From positions 434,001 to 498,000 of the forward strand of contig JAPETS010000004.1 in assembly GCA_026023565.1 (NCBI GenBank): a stretch of 64,000 bases of DNA, written 5' to 3'. Both the position numbers and the translations under genes were made by a program. Shown here one piece after another: positions 26,645 through 38,580 of this stretch. The stretch comes from Cirrosporium novae-zelandiae. Taxonomy: Eukaryota. Below the pieces are notes generated by a model. That model did no database searches. It worked only from the letters and a program-made list of their open reading frames with translations, and was not told where the DNA came from. Positions within the stretch are counted from its first letter, which is position 1. The number at the start of each line of letters is the position of its first letter.

Positions 26645-27432
26645 AATATCGAATAATTAATACTAACGATTAAAAAATAAAATACGTTTATTCAGAACGT
26701 ATAAATATTTCTATAATTACGTAGTATATTTCTAACGGCAATAATTTGTTTTGACGTAATATATTTTTAATTGTAAAAGCAATTTCTTAATCGTTAAATA
26801 ACTAATGTAATCCTAAATATAAAAAAAAAATTTGTGAGGGGTCCTCTGGGGTACGTCAAGTCTTGGCACAAATGTGAACTGCGACTATTAGACTCAGTCA
26901 TTTGGCTTTTCAATATCTAGGTTCTCGTTATTCATTTTATTCGTAATACGGTTTTTGGAAATATGTAGGCGTATTTGACTTACTTTTGGGATTACGGTTC
27001 ATAGTCTTAGGGTTCTCAAAGGATATAAAGATTCTTTGGAACTCTAGAGTAATTTACTCCCCTATTAATACTATAAATCTTGAAAGATAGATAGTACATT
27101 CATTTCTTTGGTGTCTATAGTAGGCCTTAACTTGAAAACTCTTTGCTCTATTGGTATAACTAAATGGCGATTATTCAAGGTGCAGGCTACTCTCTATTTG
27201 GTCCAATATTAATACTGTGAAAGGATAAAGAGCCATGAGAATAGAGTGATTGTCAAGCCTACCCTGCAATTCTGGGAAATGCTCGTTGTATCCTGTCCAG
27301 GCCTCTCGGCATGATTGCAGGTATCATAACATTGTGTAGTCGAAGCTAGAGACCATTTCCCGGAAGAACCTGGCTTGAGCGGCAGATATCTCAGCATGAA
27401 GACCAGGTATCCTGATCACTGATTGAGTGGCG

Positions 27433-27978
27433 TTATGAACCTATAGTAGTTGATATCTGGTTGACGGTATCCGGTACTTCAGGCGCAAAGAGGACCTTGA
27501 GCCATAGGCTGCAACTCCGGCATCCACTTATTATTTCTCCTGTTGTAGCTTCCTCTTCCAAGTCATTCTCGCGCAGAACAAATCCCTTCTTTTCACCACA
27601 CCTGCAACTCCGAAACCACTCCCCGGAAGATTCATCGTACATGAGATCATCAAGATCAACTATCTCAAGCCCAGTGTGAAACACCTGCTCGTAAGTCGTA
27701 GAACCCCACGACGGACATTTTAATCGAAGGTCCTTGTCGTATTCTGCACGTAACCGCGGATCAGAGAGCACTTTGTAAGCAGCAGTGACCTGATCCACGG
27801 TAACGGCGCATGGTTCCTCTAAGGAGTAAGTGCCGGGTGCATTTGTTTTGTCTGGATGGTGCTTTAGGAGAGCACGATGGTAAGCTTGCTTGAGTTCCTG
27901 GAGATTAATGGGTTCTGTGTAGTGGTTTTGGATGTCGAGGATTTTGTAATAGTCGGGCAAAGCTGTTGACTTGGCCAT
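27433..27978 (-). CDS. DPH4: Diphthamide biosynthesis protein 4 (J-domain + CSL zinc finger)
   Basis: DYYKIL...AYHRALLKHHPDK J-domain; VDLDDL, CRCG and CRSCSLWLKV zinc ribbon. Confidence 0.93.
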   Translation of the reverse strand: MAKSTALPDYYKILDIQNHYTEPINLQELKQAYHRALLKHHPDKTNAPGTYSLEEPCAVTVDQVTAAYKVLSDPRLRAEYDKDLRLKCPSWGSTTYEQVFHTGLEIVDLDDLMYDESSGEWFRSCRCGEKKGFVLRENDLEEEATTGEIISGCRSCSLWLKVLFAPEVPDTVNQISTTIGS

Positions 27979-28668
27979 TTTATAATCACTAGACTTAATA
28001 ACAGGAGTGTTGAAAATTTCTTTTTTGAAAGAATATTCAATTACAATAGACTTCTATAACGTGTAAACAATAGATATTATTCCGATTTATGGGTTCAAAG
28101 AATACCACGGGAACTAACTGTTCCTAACATGCACTATTAGTACAGCGTAATTTATTGTGCCGAAGTAAGTTGTCCGAGTTGGGTTTTCATTCGGGGGTGG
28201 GGGATTGAATCTACCGGACTATGGTCTTTTCCGAACATTTTTTATTATACATATCAACTCATCCCAAATGTCGAGGAGGAACTGAGCAATAACTAGTAAT
28301 ACTTTCAGCTATAAATATAAAGAAAAATCTAGGTTGACCAAAACAGAGTTCCAACTTCATTCAATGGAGGCTGAAACCCCTCCTGCCCTCCCAAGGATAC
28401 CTGACCATCGATGACGTCCGTTGCCATTGCCAAGTCAGCAGAACTTGAGTGATCTCCTCTGAAACGGCCATGGAACTGGAATGAAATCAAATTTCAACAT
28501 CTGAATACTTCATCTTAAGTTACGCGGGCGTTCTTGACACAAACAGCAACCGTTTTTCTATTGGCTCATACATATCTGATTCTGTGGCCCTGACTACTTA
28601 TTAATCCAATTCTTGCAGATCCACATCTATCATTGTTAACAAAAGACTTAGCCTTAAATAATCCCAGA

Positions 28669-31600
28669 ATGCCTATCCTAAGGCATACCGACGAAGATGG
28701 CAGGAGATCATATACCGCTCCTTACACATCACATCATCCGGTGCCCAACATACAAAGGTACCGTGAACAGCAAGAAAAGCGAAAAATAGAAGAATCTGGC
28801 TTTGTTAAAAGCGAGGATGATGACAACTCAAGTCCGGCACAGCCCCAAGGAAATGTTGGTAATTACTTGAATGATAACGAGGAAGCCAAAGACTGTCAAG
28901 TGGAACAAGATGGCGAAGATCCCAAATTTGATGACCAACCAGAAACTAGCACCCAAAACTCGCACCCTAATGAAGAGACAGGGAATAACAAGGGCCCAAG
29001 TGCTACAGAGTGGGTTGCTGGTGAGCTTGATCCTAAGCAGAAAAGGAAAGCAATGAAGAGATACAGCCGTGACGTTGGAGGTCGCGAGGTGACGGATCCT
29101 GTCACGCATCTTCCTGTTATAATTCGCGACTCAACGAGCAAGCAATTAGAGAGCACCCCGGAGAACTTACCAACCGCTGATTCACAACCATGGGATTCTA
29201 CTGGTTTGAGCGCCTCGATAAAAGGAAAAGACCAATTTAACGAAGAAACTCAAGGACAAGAGACAATACATATGGAGATGGAACCGTCGTTTCCTCCTCC
29301 GAATTATGATAATGTTCAGGCACAGTTGGCCTCCGTATATCAACAAGCGCTATTTTATGGTCTCGGATGTGTGTCGGTGGTGATGATAGTATTTGCTTCC
29401 GTGATAGGAATATGTCTGGGGTCTGATGCTGGACGCTATTGGAAAGTTGTGACCACCATAATGGTCCTGTTTGTAGGGGCTTCCCTTGTGGGATTCTCTT
29501 GGGCAGCTTCAGAGTGGCTGAAAAATAGAGTAAATTGTATTTGGCAGGATGAACTATGGGACGCTTCAAAGGACAGAGACCGCCAACGAGTCAAATCTCG
29601 AGGACCAGAATCAACACATTGGCTGAATGCGCTCGTTTCCTCGATTTGGCCTCTTGTTAATCCGGACTTGTTCACTTCACTTGCTGACACTCTCGAAGAT
29701 GTCATGCAAGCTTCATTGCCAAAATTTGTTCGTATGGTCAGTGTTGAGGACCTTGGTCAAGGTAGTGAAGGAATACAAATCCTTGGTGTACGATGGCTTC
29801 CAACTGGTGCGGCATCTCGCTCTGTCACCATGAATGGACAGGTCCAAAATTCAAAAAAGAGTTCAACCAGTAATCGTACTGCACTAGGGGAAGGTGAAGT
29901 TGGCGAGGGCTCGAAGGTACTTGATTCACAGGAAAATAATGATGAAAAGAAGAAAAAAAGTAAACAACAAGAAGCGGATAAGGAAAACATTGCCGAAGGC
30001 ATGAAAGGCGAACAAGGAGATTTTGTGAATATGGAAATTGCGTTTGCTTACCGGTCTCGATCTGTTGGAAAATCTTTCAAAGCTAAAGCCAATAATGCCC
30101 ACTTATACATGGCCTTCTACCTTCCTGGAGGACTTCGTGTCCCCGTTTGGGTTGAGATGCACGGCTTAATCGGAACAATGAGAATTCGTCTCCAGCTTAC
30201 TCCTGATCCACCGTTTGTTGCGCTCATGACTTTGACTTTTCTTGGCCAACCCAAAGCCGACATTTCTTGCGTCCCTTTGACCCAGAAAGGTCTCAATATT
30301 ATGGATGTTCCTGTAATATCAAGCTTCGTGCAGTCGTCTATAGACGCCGCTTTGGCTGAATATGTTGCACCGAAAAGCTTAACTCTGGACTTAAAGGACA
30401 TGATAGTTGGAGATGATTTTAAAAAGGATACTGTTAATAGCGGCGTTCTATTAGTCCACATTAAAAGGGCGAGAGGATTTAAAGAAGGAGATGGTGGCTT
30501 AGGTTTCGTCAAGAAGGGCTCGTCCGATGCCTATGTGTCTCTTGAGTGGGCCAAGTTTGGGAAACCAGTCTTTTCGACCAGAGTAAGTTAGTTCAGTGAC
30601 TACCCTAGAGGAAGGACAAAAAGTCATGACTCGTACCAATGTCATCTTTCCAAGAGAATTCCTACCGATGGCAAGGCTCAACACTGACCGGATATGATAT
30701 CAATCTATCTATTCATAAGTCTGTTTGGTTGATGGAAAGCCTCTCATAATTGATATCACTTATGGTCGTATATACTACCATTGCCCTTCGGTCTCCTAAA
30801 TTTCACAAGCAGAACGCTGACAACCACTTTTAGATTATTCAGGCAGACATGGAACCGGAGTGGAGCGAGACCACGTTTGTGCTGGTCGGTCCTGAGGAAG
30901 TAAATGCAGAAGAAAGGCTTCGAGTTCATTTATGGGATTCTGATCGAACAACAGCAGATGATGACCTTGGCCGCGTCGAACTCGATCTCAAAGACCTTAT
31001 AGAAAACCCGGAATCTAGGGGAGAAATCCAGAAAAGGCGAGATGAGTTCATGGCACAAGATTTGGAGGAAAAAATGCCAGGATATATAGAATGGAGTGTT
31101 GGCTACTTTGCGAAAACCAGAATCCAAGAAACTCAATTGGCACAGCAGGAGGAATACCCTGATGTCAAAAGTATTGATCAGCTCAAGAAAAAGACTGAAG
31201 ATACAAGCGCAAGAAAATTACGAGAAGCCAACATTCGAGACGAGTCGAAAGAACTCGATCAGCAAACGGAACAAGATCTCCACGAGAGAGAAAATTCCCT
31301 GTTCATCTCTTCGCCACCCTCAGATCAATACCCCACTGGCATCTTTTCTATACAAATCCATCAAATCACCGGCCTCGAAGTCGAAAATATCCGCCGAAAC
31401 CGTAGCACTGGTAGTCATGGCATCTCTGAAGGCCAACCTGAAGGTGACGATCTCCCTTCATCTTACTGTTCTATTATCTTAAATCATCAAAAAATATTTA
31501 AGACGAGAACAAAACCCAAGAACGCGAAACCTTTCTTCAACGCCGGAACAGAACGCCTTATCCGCAATTGGAGAACTACTGACGTATTTATTTCTGTGCG

Positions 31601-32618
31601 AGATGCGAGAGTTCATGAGAATGATCCGCTTTTGGGAATTGTACATCTACCACTATGCAAAATATTCAACAATCGCTCCCAGGTAAATGATCACTTCCCC
31701 CTCGTCGGCGGCCTTGGCTATGGCCGCGTACGAATATCAATGGTTTTCCGGTCAGTAGAACTTCGGGCCCCCAAGCCCCTTCTTGGCTGGGATTACGGGA
31801 CTCTCGAAATTACCGCGCCCATAAAATCCGATGACCTACCATCAGACTTCCGCTCCTGCAAGTTAAAACTGCATACCTCGGCCGGAAAAGCAAAACTATA
31901 TACGGATACAGACGGAAAAGGAAATGTGCATACGGGGCAGTGGAAGCCCCGTCGTGAGCGCCCCATCTGCCTCGCGGTCCGAAAACGCTACTCCACCTGT
32001 CTCGTCCTTAAATTCCATCAACGCTCTCGGCTTGGGGCCGACCAAGTGGCTGGTTTTGCGACGTTCTGGCTTCAAGACGTTCCCGACGACGAAGTTCAGA
32101 CACTAAAACTAGAAGTTTACGCAGGTGATGAGGGGCTTGAACGTGCGAAGGCAAACTACAATGTCACTGGCGCCGGCTCGCCTGTAGGGCACGTGGTTGT
32201 GCCGGTAAAATTCTGGCACGGATTGAGTGGGTATCACACGGGCCTTGCATCTAGCGACGCGGATCTGAAGGACGTGATGGAAGTCCTCGATACGGCGGCT
32301 GACAGTCAGGAAATAGAATATTCGCTTCCGGACGACGATGCCGGATCCATCTCGTCATCTTCATCATCGTCCTCGTCCTCCACAAGTGGCAAATACGACA
32401 CGCACAACCAAGAGGACGGTGAACGAGGACCCATAGACCAGATACAGGACTACAAGGATCACCGTCGACAGCTGCATCGTCAGCACAGGGGCCTCATGCA
32501 GTGGAAGGGGGTCCGCACCGCAGAATGGGTTAAAACGAAGGCCGAACATGGTAGGAATCGGGTCTTGGATACATTTAAACACCATGATCGCGGCCCGGGG
32601 ATCGAAGCTGAGGTATAA
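28669..32618 (+). CDS. Mug190-like / tricalbin-related membrane-anchored SMP + C2 domain protein (intron 30583-30833)
   Basis: Two hydrophobic helices; SMP-like PESTHWLN...ADTLEDVMQASLP and RIRLQLTPDPPF; C2 motifs GSSDAYV, LWDSDRTTADDDLG, RDARVHENDPLLG; C-terminal HRQHRGLMQWK. The intron keeps frame. Confidence 0.85.
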
Positions 32619-33766
32619 GTGAGGGCCTAGGGCTGTGAAGCTTGGTAGGCGCTTATGGCTCTATCACTCCTGAGGACATAATTCTAGATGACAAAAAGTG
32701 GTACAAATATAAGTCAAAAGAAAAGAAAATCACGGCACTGGGATTATCAATCTATCTCTAGACATAAACTAAGATGGAAGTTTTTCAAATGATTTTATGG
32801 GCATTGGCTTTTTAGGAGAACCTACCGACCTTCCCTGCATCATACATTATGTGAATGAGAAGGATTGTAGGTGGTATAGGTATAGGTATGGGTAATTTTG
32901 ACTACGAGATCAAACTCAAACTCGTTCAAGGAAAATCGAATCATCTTTTTAATCTCCATCTTTAACTTCAACTAGTGTGCATTACTGACAATAAGGAGGA
33001 ACTAAGAATACACAAAAAAAGAGAAGGGGTTTAAATGTGCATTTGAATAAGGTCAGTATGATGGATGGACGGATGGATGGATGCGATGCCGTGCATACAG
33101 TTAACTTATCTTAATATAAAGAACGGACGAACGAACAAATGAATGATGAAATAAAAGTAAGGCTCTTTTTCTTCTACTTACACAAAATGCTAAATACAAA
33201 AGTTTTGATTCCATTGGTTAGAGGAGAAAGAAAGAGAGATTACTGTAAACTATGTTTTACTGTTACGAATAAAGCTTCTATTGATTGTTATCCAAAATAT
33301 CCTTGATTGAAAAGACCATAGCCATCTTTACTTTGTTTTCTCCTTCGATGTACTAAGTTAGTGAGCAAGCACAGCATAAAAAAAAGCAAAATATCTGCAT
33401 TCCCCAAACATCAGCGCTGTCTAGGCTATTAAAAAATAAACTTCTCTATCCGACCCCCCCCCGTTAGTAGGTGTCATAACTATCGTTGCTAATAGCTACA
33501 ATCAGTAGGGGGGAGAAGTATCTTATCTCTCCTTCGCTTTCTAAAGAGCAAAGCAAAGCAGGAGGAATATCTCATCTAGCTAAGACACGTTAGATCATCC
33601 AAAGATATAACGAAATGATCTGTTCCAAAAATTTCCTTGGCTCCAACAGGCGGGGTTTCCTCTTCGCTCATAGATGGGAAGCTCGTTCATCCATCCAATT
33701 TACTCATTTTTCTTATAATTCCCCTTCTCAGGATTCTCTATTACTGGGTTTCCTTGTTCTGACAGT

Positions 33767-35121
33767 CTAGAACGTTGGTTTGAAGGTCCATCTATCGTCC
33801 TCTTTGCTTGTGAACGGAACACCAAGCTCAAATAGCTTGACGAGGACGTCACGGAATTCATTGAACCAGAGTTGATCGTCTTTGGCATAGCGTTCTACGT
33901 GCTTACGGAATTCCTTGTCCTTGATCAGAGCCATATCAGTAGGGAGCATCATCAACGACTTCGTGGAGGCGTCCTCGTATTGCTTGGGGCCGTTCCACTA
34001 GTTAGGGCGAGAAGTTAGTTGTGGTCGAGGACAAGGAGGAGTGATGAAAAAGTTGCATGTTGGGGTGAGAATGTTGGGGATCTTACTTTCCTCCACTGCC
34101 ACTTATCATCCAACAATAATTTGAAATAATCATTGCTCACAACAGTGGGGCTGAAGGTCCACGGTCCATCAAACCCACTGCGATCAGTATGGCATCTTCC
34201 CAACGCATGAGCACCACTCAAAGCCACGATCTCGCGATCATCAAAACCCATGCGGCCGAAAATGGCTCGGAGATGGTTCTGCTCCTTTGAGGCGTCAGGA
34301 AGACGCCCGTCAGGTGTACAGGCTGAGATGTCTCTGTCTGAGCGACCAGGACGCCACGGCACGATGGGACCTTGCATTTCTTGGACAGCACAAACACCGC
34401 CCAAGGTCCAGAGGTCGGAATAGGAGATCCATGGAAATTGGGCTGGTTATACCAAGACAGTGTCAGTTAGCTTCTGTGAGCTTGTAAAATTCGGGTCGTA
34501 AGAAAAAAAACTTCTTACCCTTAATTGGCTCTAGGAAGTCTCTTGCGGCCTTTAAACCAGCATTGGCACCATGGTCACCCTCTGGAGCAAAACGCATGGT
34601 GGCACCGTTGGACCCACCCGTTCTAGTGGTAGCATCATAACTAATATGCAGCGGTTAGCAGGGCTAGTCCTCCGTATGGAGGATGGTGGACCTTATTTCA
34701 ATCCAAAACAGAGATAGGGTCAGCCTTACGTTCCACTTGCGTGCCATGCCAGTCTCAGAAGAACAGGTCCGTAGCTCCCATCATCGTATTCATCATTATC
34801 CTCAATAGCTTTGGCTATAGTATTATACACTTTCTGATAATCATCCTTGGTTGGAGCGGATATGACCTTGTTCCCTTGGACAGAGAATCCGCCGGTCGTG
34901 TAATAATAATATCCGGCTGCACCAGCCGCAGCCGTGAGACCGAACCCCCACACGAGACCGCTGGACGATTTAGAACTACCAGCTTCGGAGGAGTAACTAC
35001 GACGAGATGATCGGAAAGACTGGGCAATTCGATTGCCGTGGGTGATGGTCGGGCGGAAAGCATAGGTGGCTGGGGTGGAGCGGAGGGCGGAGCGGGTAAA
35101 GATACGAGCGGCGGAGGCCAT
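33767..35121 (-). CDS. CCP1: Mitochondrial cytochrome c peroxidase, three introns
   Basis: Arg/Ser-rich presequence, [49 protein letters not shown]. Confidence 0.96.
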
Positions 35122-36053
35122 GATGAGAAAATGGAGAGATGGAAGAAAATCAAGAAGATGGGGAAGAAAATACTTGTGAAATTGGAAAGAAATAAGAAAG
35201 GAAGAGTTAAGGAAGTTAGTTTAGTAGGAATATCAAGGAAATACAGATAACAATAGTCAGGAAGTAGTTAGTAGATGATTTCAGCAACCAGGGGTCAGGG
35301 TCTAGAAAGTTCCCTCTACAAATCAAAAGTGATGAAAAACTAATATTCTGCTGGCTCGCGGGGTAGCTTGTACCTCGGTTGACAAAGCATCAGCGTCGCG
35401 AACTTTCCACTCGGACTTCCAAGCCATCCTTTCCTTATTCTGATTGGGAATGTGGATCCATTCAATCCCCCGCAACACGCTATAAGTATGAGTTCGTCAA
35501 GAACTAGACTAAACTAACTTCCTGTGCATTGTACTTGTATACATACACAGTTGTCAATATTCCGCTACTTACTCCGACTTGTCATCTATCTGGTCTTGTA
35601 ATTGACTCCATGTAATTTTGAATGCAGCGAATAAACCGTCGCTATCAGCAAGAAAGTAACTACATCCGCACATAAAACCTCCCAGCTATCATTTGTTCAA
35701 CCTCGAAAACGCCTATACTTCGGCAATGCCCGTCTGCATACGAACAGCCAGAAAAGGCCTAGAGACCTGATCCAAAATGACAATCAGCCATGGCAAGCAT
35801 GATCCACTGTATACCTAGTTCAAGCCGAGAAAGACTGCCGAAACACCATATCTTCAACCCTTCATTTCCTTCAAAACCCCTAGTTGAATATAGCAAACAT
35901 ACAAGAGCCGCCTATGCCCTAAGATAAATCATCCACAAGAATAACGAATGAACGGAGCCGTCATCAAATTGGAACGTTGCTGCTCTGAGTAAAATGCACG
36001 TAAAAGATAATCCAGCTTTAAGCAACATCTAACGAGACATGAAGATCATGGGA

Positions 36054-36951
36054 CTAATCCATATAGAAGTCTCCCTTGAGGATTCGCTCCTGAAAATGGT
36101 CTGGGACAACTGGTTCCTTCTTTGGCGGTGTTGGTGGTTCGTTGGCAGGTGTAGTCGCTACAGTAGCACGGCGAGGTGGTGGCTGGATTTGGTTTGCGTT
36201 ACTGGGAACAGGGCCACTAATAGACCCTCGTTCAGCCCTAGACCTAAAGTTTTCGGACCAGTTGAAGCCTTCTGGTCGAGCGACAGAGTTAGATGCATTT
36301 CTGGTACGAGTAGTGGGCTTTGCTCTAGCTATTGCAAGCCACAGGTCAGAAAAGCTAGTCCCAAGTATGCCGGTCCGCTCTTCATGGCTTGATGGTCGAC
36401 ATCAGCCAGCGGGATCTGGATTATGCCAAGATCTTGAAGAGCAACCCAACACTACTTGATGCTATCATTTCTGACATCTTGGCCTGCTCTGAAACAGCAT
36501 AAGGGTGCTAGATATGCTTACCAGTATTGTTTCCACTTCCCACTCGCTCCCGCAATGCCTGGGCACCAAAGCTTAAACGTCGGGCGAAAGACGCTGGAGC
36601 CGCAACATTTGGGCTCTCATCACCTTCGTCGATAGCATTCTCATCAACAGTGGGAGAGGCTGAACTTGCACTCGATATGCTCCCTCGGCGCCCCCCTGTT
36701 CGTCCGAATCCGAAAGGCTGAGTTGGAGAGCCAGAAAGGCCTAAGGAAGTTGAAACAGAAACACGCCGACGTTGTTGGGCATTAGCTGCCGCAGTAGCAA
36801 TGGACCCAGGGAGTGCGGGTGTACCAGCTGGCGGACCACCTCCAGGGCCAGTACGAGTGAATAAGTCAGACAAAGCCTGACCAGGTGAGAAGGAGGCTCT
36901 ACGACGGTTGTGATATTGGGAGGTTGGCTGGGGGTTGGAATCGTCGGACAT
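36054..36951 (-). CDS. Small conserved fungal protein of unknown function, RRxS-rich (intron 36521-36272)
   Basis: Exon 1 has RRASF, RRVSV, RRGSI and RRLSF. Splicing GTAAGC..CTAAC..CAG joins exon 2 EGFNWSENFRSRAERGSI...PDHFQERILKGDFYMD-stop, which the ORF track missed. Confidence 0.8.
36334..36487 (-). promoter_or_regulatory. Intronic RNA secondary structure: long stem capped by a three-way junction
   Basis: Nested, in-register complementary segments; the G-U pairs are possible only on the transcribed (minus) strand. See finding. Confidence 0.65.
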
Positions 36952-37475
36952 GATTTATGGTTGAAGTAAAAGTTGTCAAATGAAGGGGTCTTTATGAAGG
37001 TCTTTTGCACGAAGGTGATCTGTCAAACGTCACCGAAGAATATAAAGAATACGAAACGTTTCCGAGTAGTAACCAGGTTGAGGAGACTGGAAAGTTGTTG
37101 GTTTGATCGAGGAATGTTGGTGTATCGAGGATTCGATGGGTCAGGCCGTAATCCTCTTTGTTCACTTAGGTCATATCAAGTGGATGGTAGAAGAAGAGGG
37201 GTAAACAATGAAAGGACAGTTCGGTGGCTGGATAAAACAAGTTGATATTGTGAATAGACAATGCAAAGGTTGTGGTAGAAACTTTTATTTGAGGGCATAT
37301 GTGAAGGAGGGAAGTTGGTGGAGAGAAGAAAGGAGAGGAGAAGGGAAGAATGGTTTGGTCAGAGGCTGGCAATGGTTATATGGTGCGATAGTTGAGAGTC
37401 TACGTAAAGGGTAGAGGTCAAAGTTCGGGAAGTGACAGAAAAGGAAAGATGTGATAGGCCAGGCAGGAACAGATA

Positions 37476-37505
37476 GCAAAGACCTGCAAAGACCTGCAAA
37501 GACCT
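37476..37505. repeat. 10-bp tandem repeat (GCAAAGACCT)x3
   Basis: Three exact copies ~525 bp upstream of the ATG at 36951. Confidence 0.85.
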
Positions 37506-38580
37506 TGTAAATGCCTTGCAAAGGCTATGTTTCACTGGCCAATCGTCTCACGCTGTAATGGGTCCCAATGCATTTCCTACTATATCAGCCAATTACTCGT
37601 ACCCACACCGTAAATCACAAGAATGCTGGTCAATACGTCACAAAGTGTATATTTATCATATTTCTCTCCCACGTCTCCTAAAACACAATTGATGGTGTGC
37701 TGATGATGTGCTTCCTTGGTGTGTCCGATGTAGTCAAATAAAACTTTAGGAATTTAGGATCATTTAGTCTATTTTCCCCGCATTTTTTCTCATCTTTCTT
37801 CATTCTACTCCCCTCCACGCCCTCCTCTACCCATCTTGTGCTAGCACGCTTGGTTCGCACCATTCGTTCACCATCGAGGGAGCCGTGAGAGCTAATTCAT
37901 TAGGGCCAACGCTTAGTTCCTGTGGCACCAGTGGCTCCCTCAAACAAACTCCCTGTTCGAACCCAACACCCAACAACTAATCCACAAAACTCAACTAAGA
38001 AAACTCTTTTGACAGTCATCTTACATTAGTCCTAATTCGGAATAGTACATTGTTCTTTCCCACACCCTACTAGTACGTACACTCCACCCTGCATCATTCT
38101 TTCTGCATCTCTTGTCAATCCTTGACCGTTCCTGACTCCTTACGTATCCGTAATCATAGTTACAAACTTACCATTCCGCCTCTCTTACTGGTTTTCTTTT
38201 TTTTAATATAGATATCGGATCCCCTGTATGTCAACGAATATGCAGCCCCCATCTGATACTTGGGTTCCAAATATCTTAAACCCGACAATATATCCCATCT
38301 TCAAACTCCACTACACTCTTCATACTACTCGGAGGTCACCGCCGTTGAGCATTCTTCACTAATCTCTCGCCAATACTCACTGCCTGGAGCACTCGGAGGC
38401 CGCCACTCTGCAGCTCTCAGTGGTTTTAGCAATGACTATCATACCATCGGCATAACACTGTCTAGCTACATAGGTCATTGGAATTCATCACAATTTTTTA
38501 ACATTAAAAGCAAATCATAAGTCGTATTGAGGGAAAACCAGCATGCTCTGTAATCTCACCCAAATTCTGTTTTAAAACCT

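Noticed and set aside
36413..36430. GATCTGGATTATGCCA on the plus strand resembles the P5 loop region of a TPP riboswitch
   Set aside because: It is antisense to the host gene, lacks the UGAGA element and the following GCG, and the gene is not thiamine-related.
36334..36487. SRP RNA as the explanation of the Y-shaped fold
   Set aside because: No GNRA tetraloops or helix-8 SRP54-binding motif, and no evident Alu domain or Pol III terminator.
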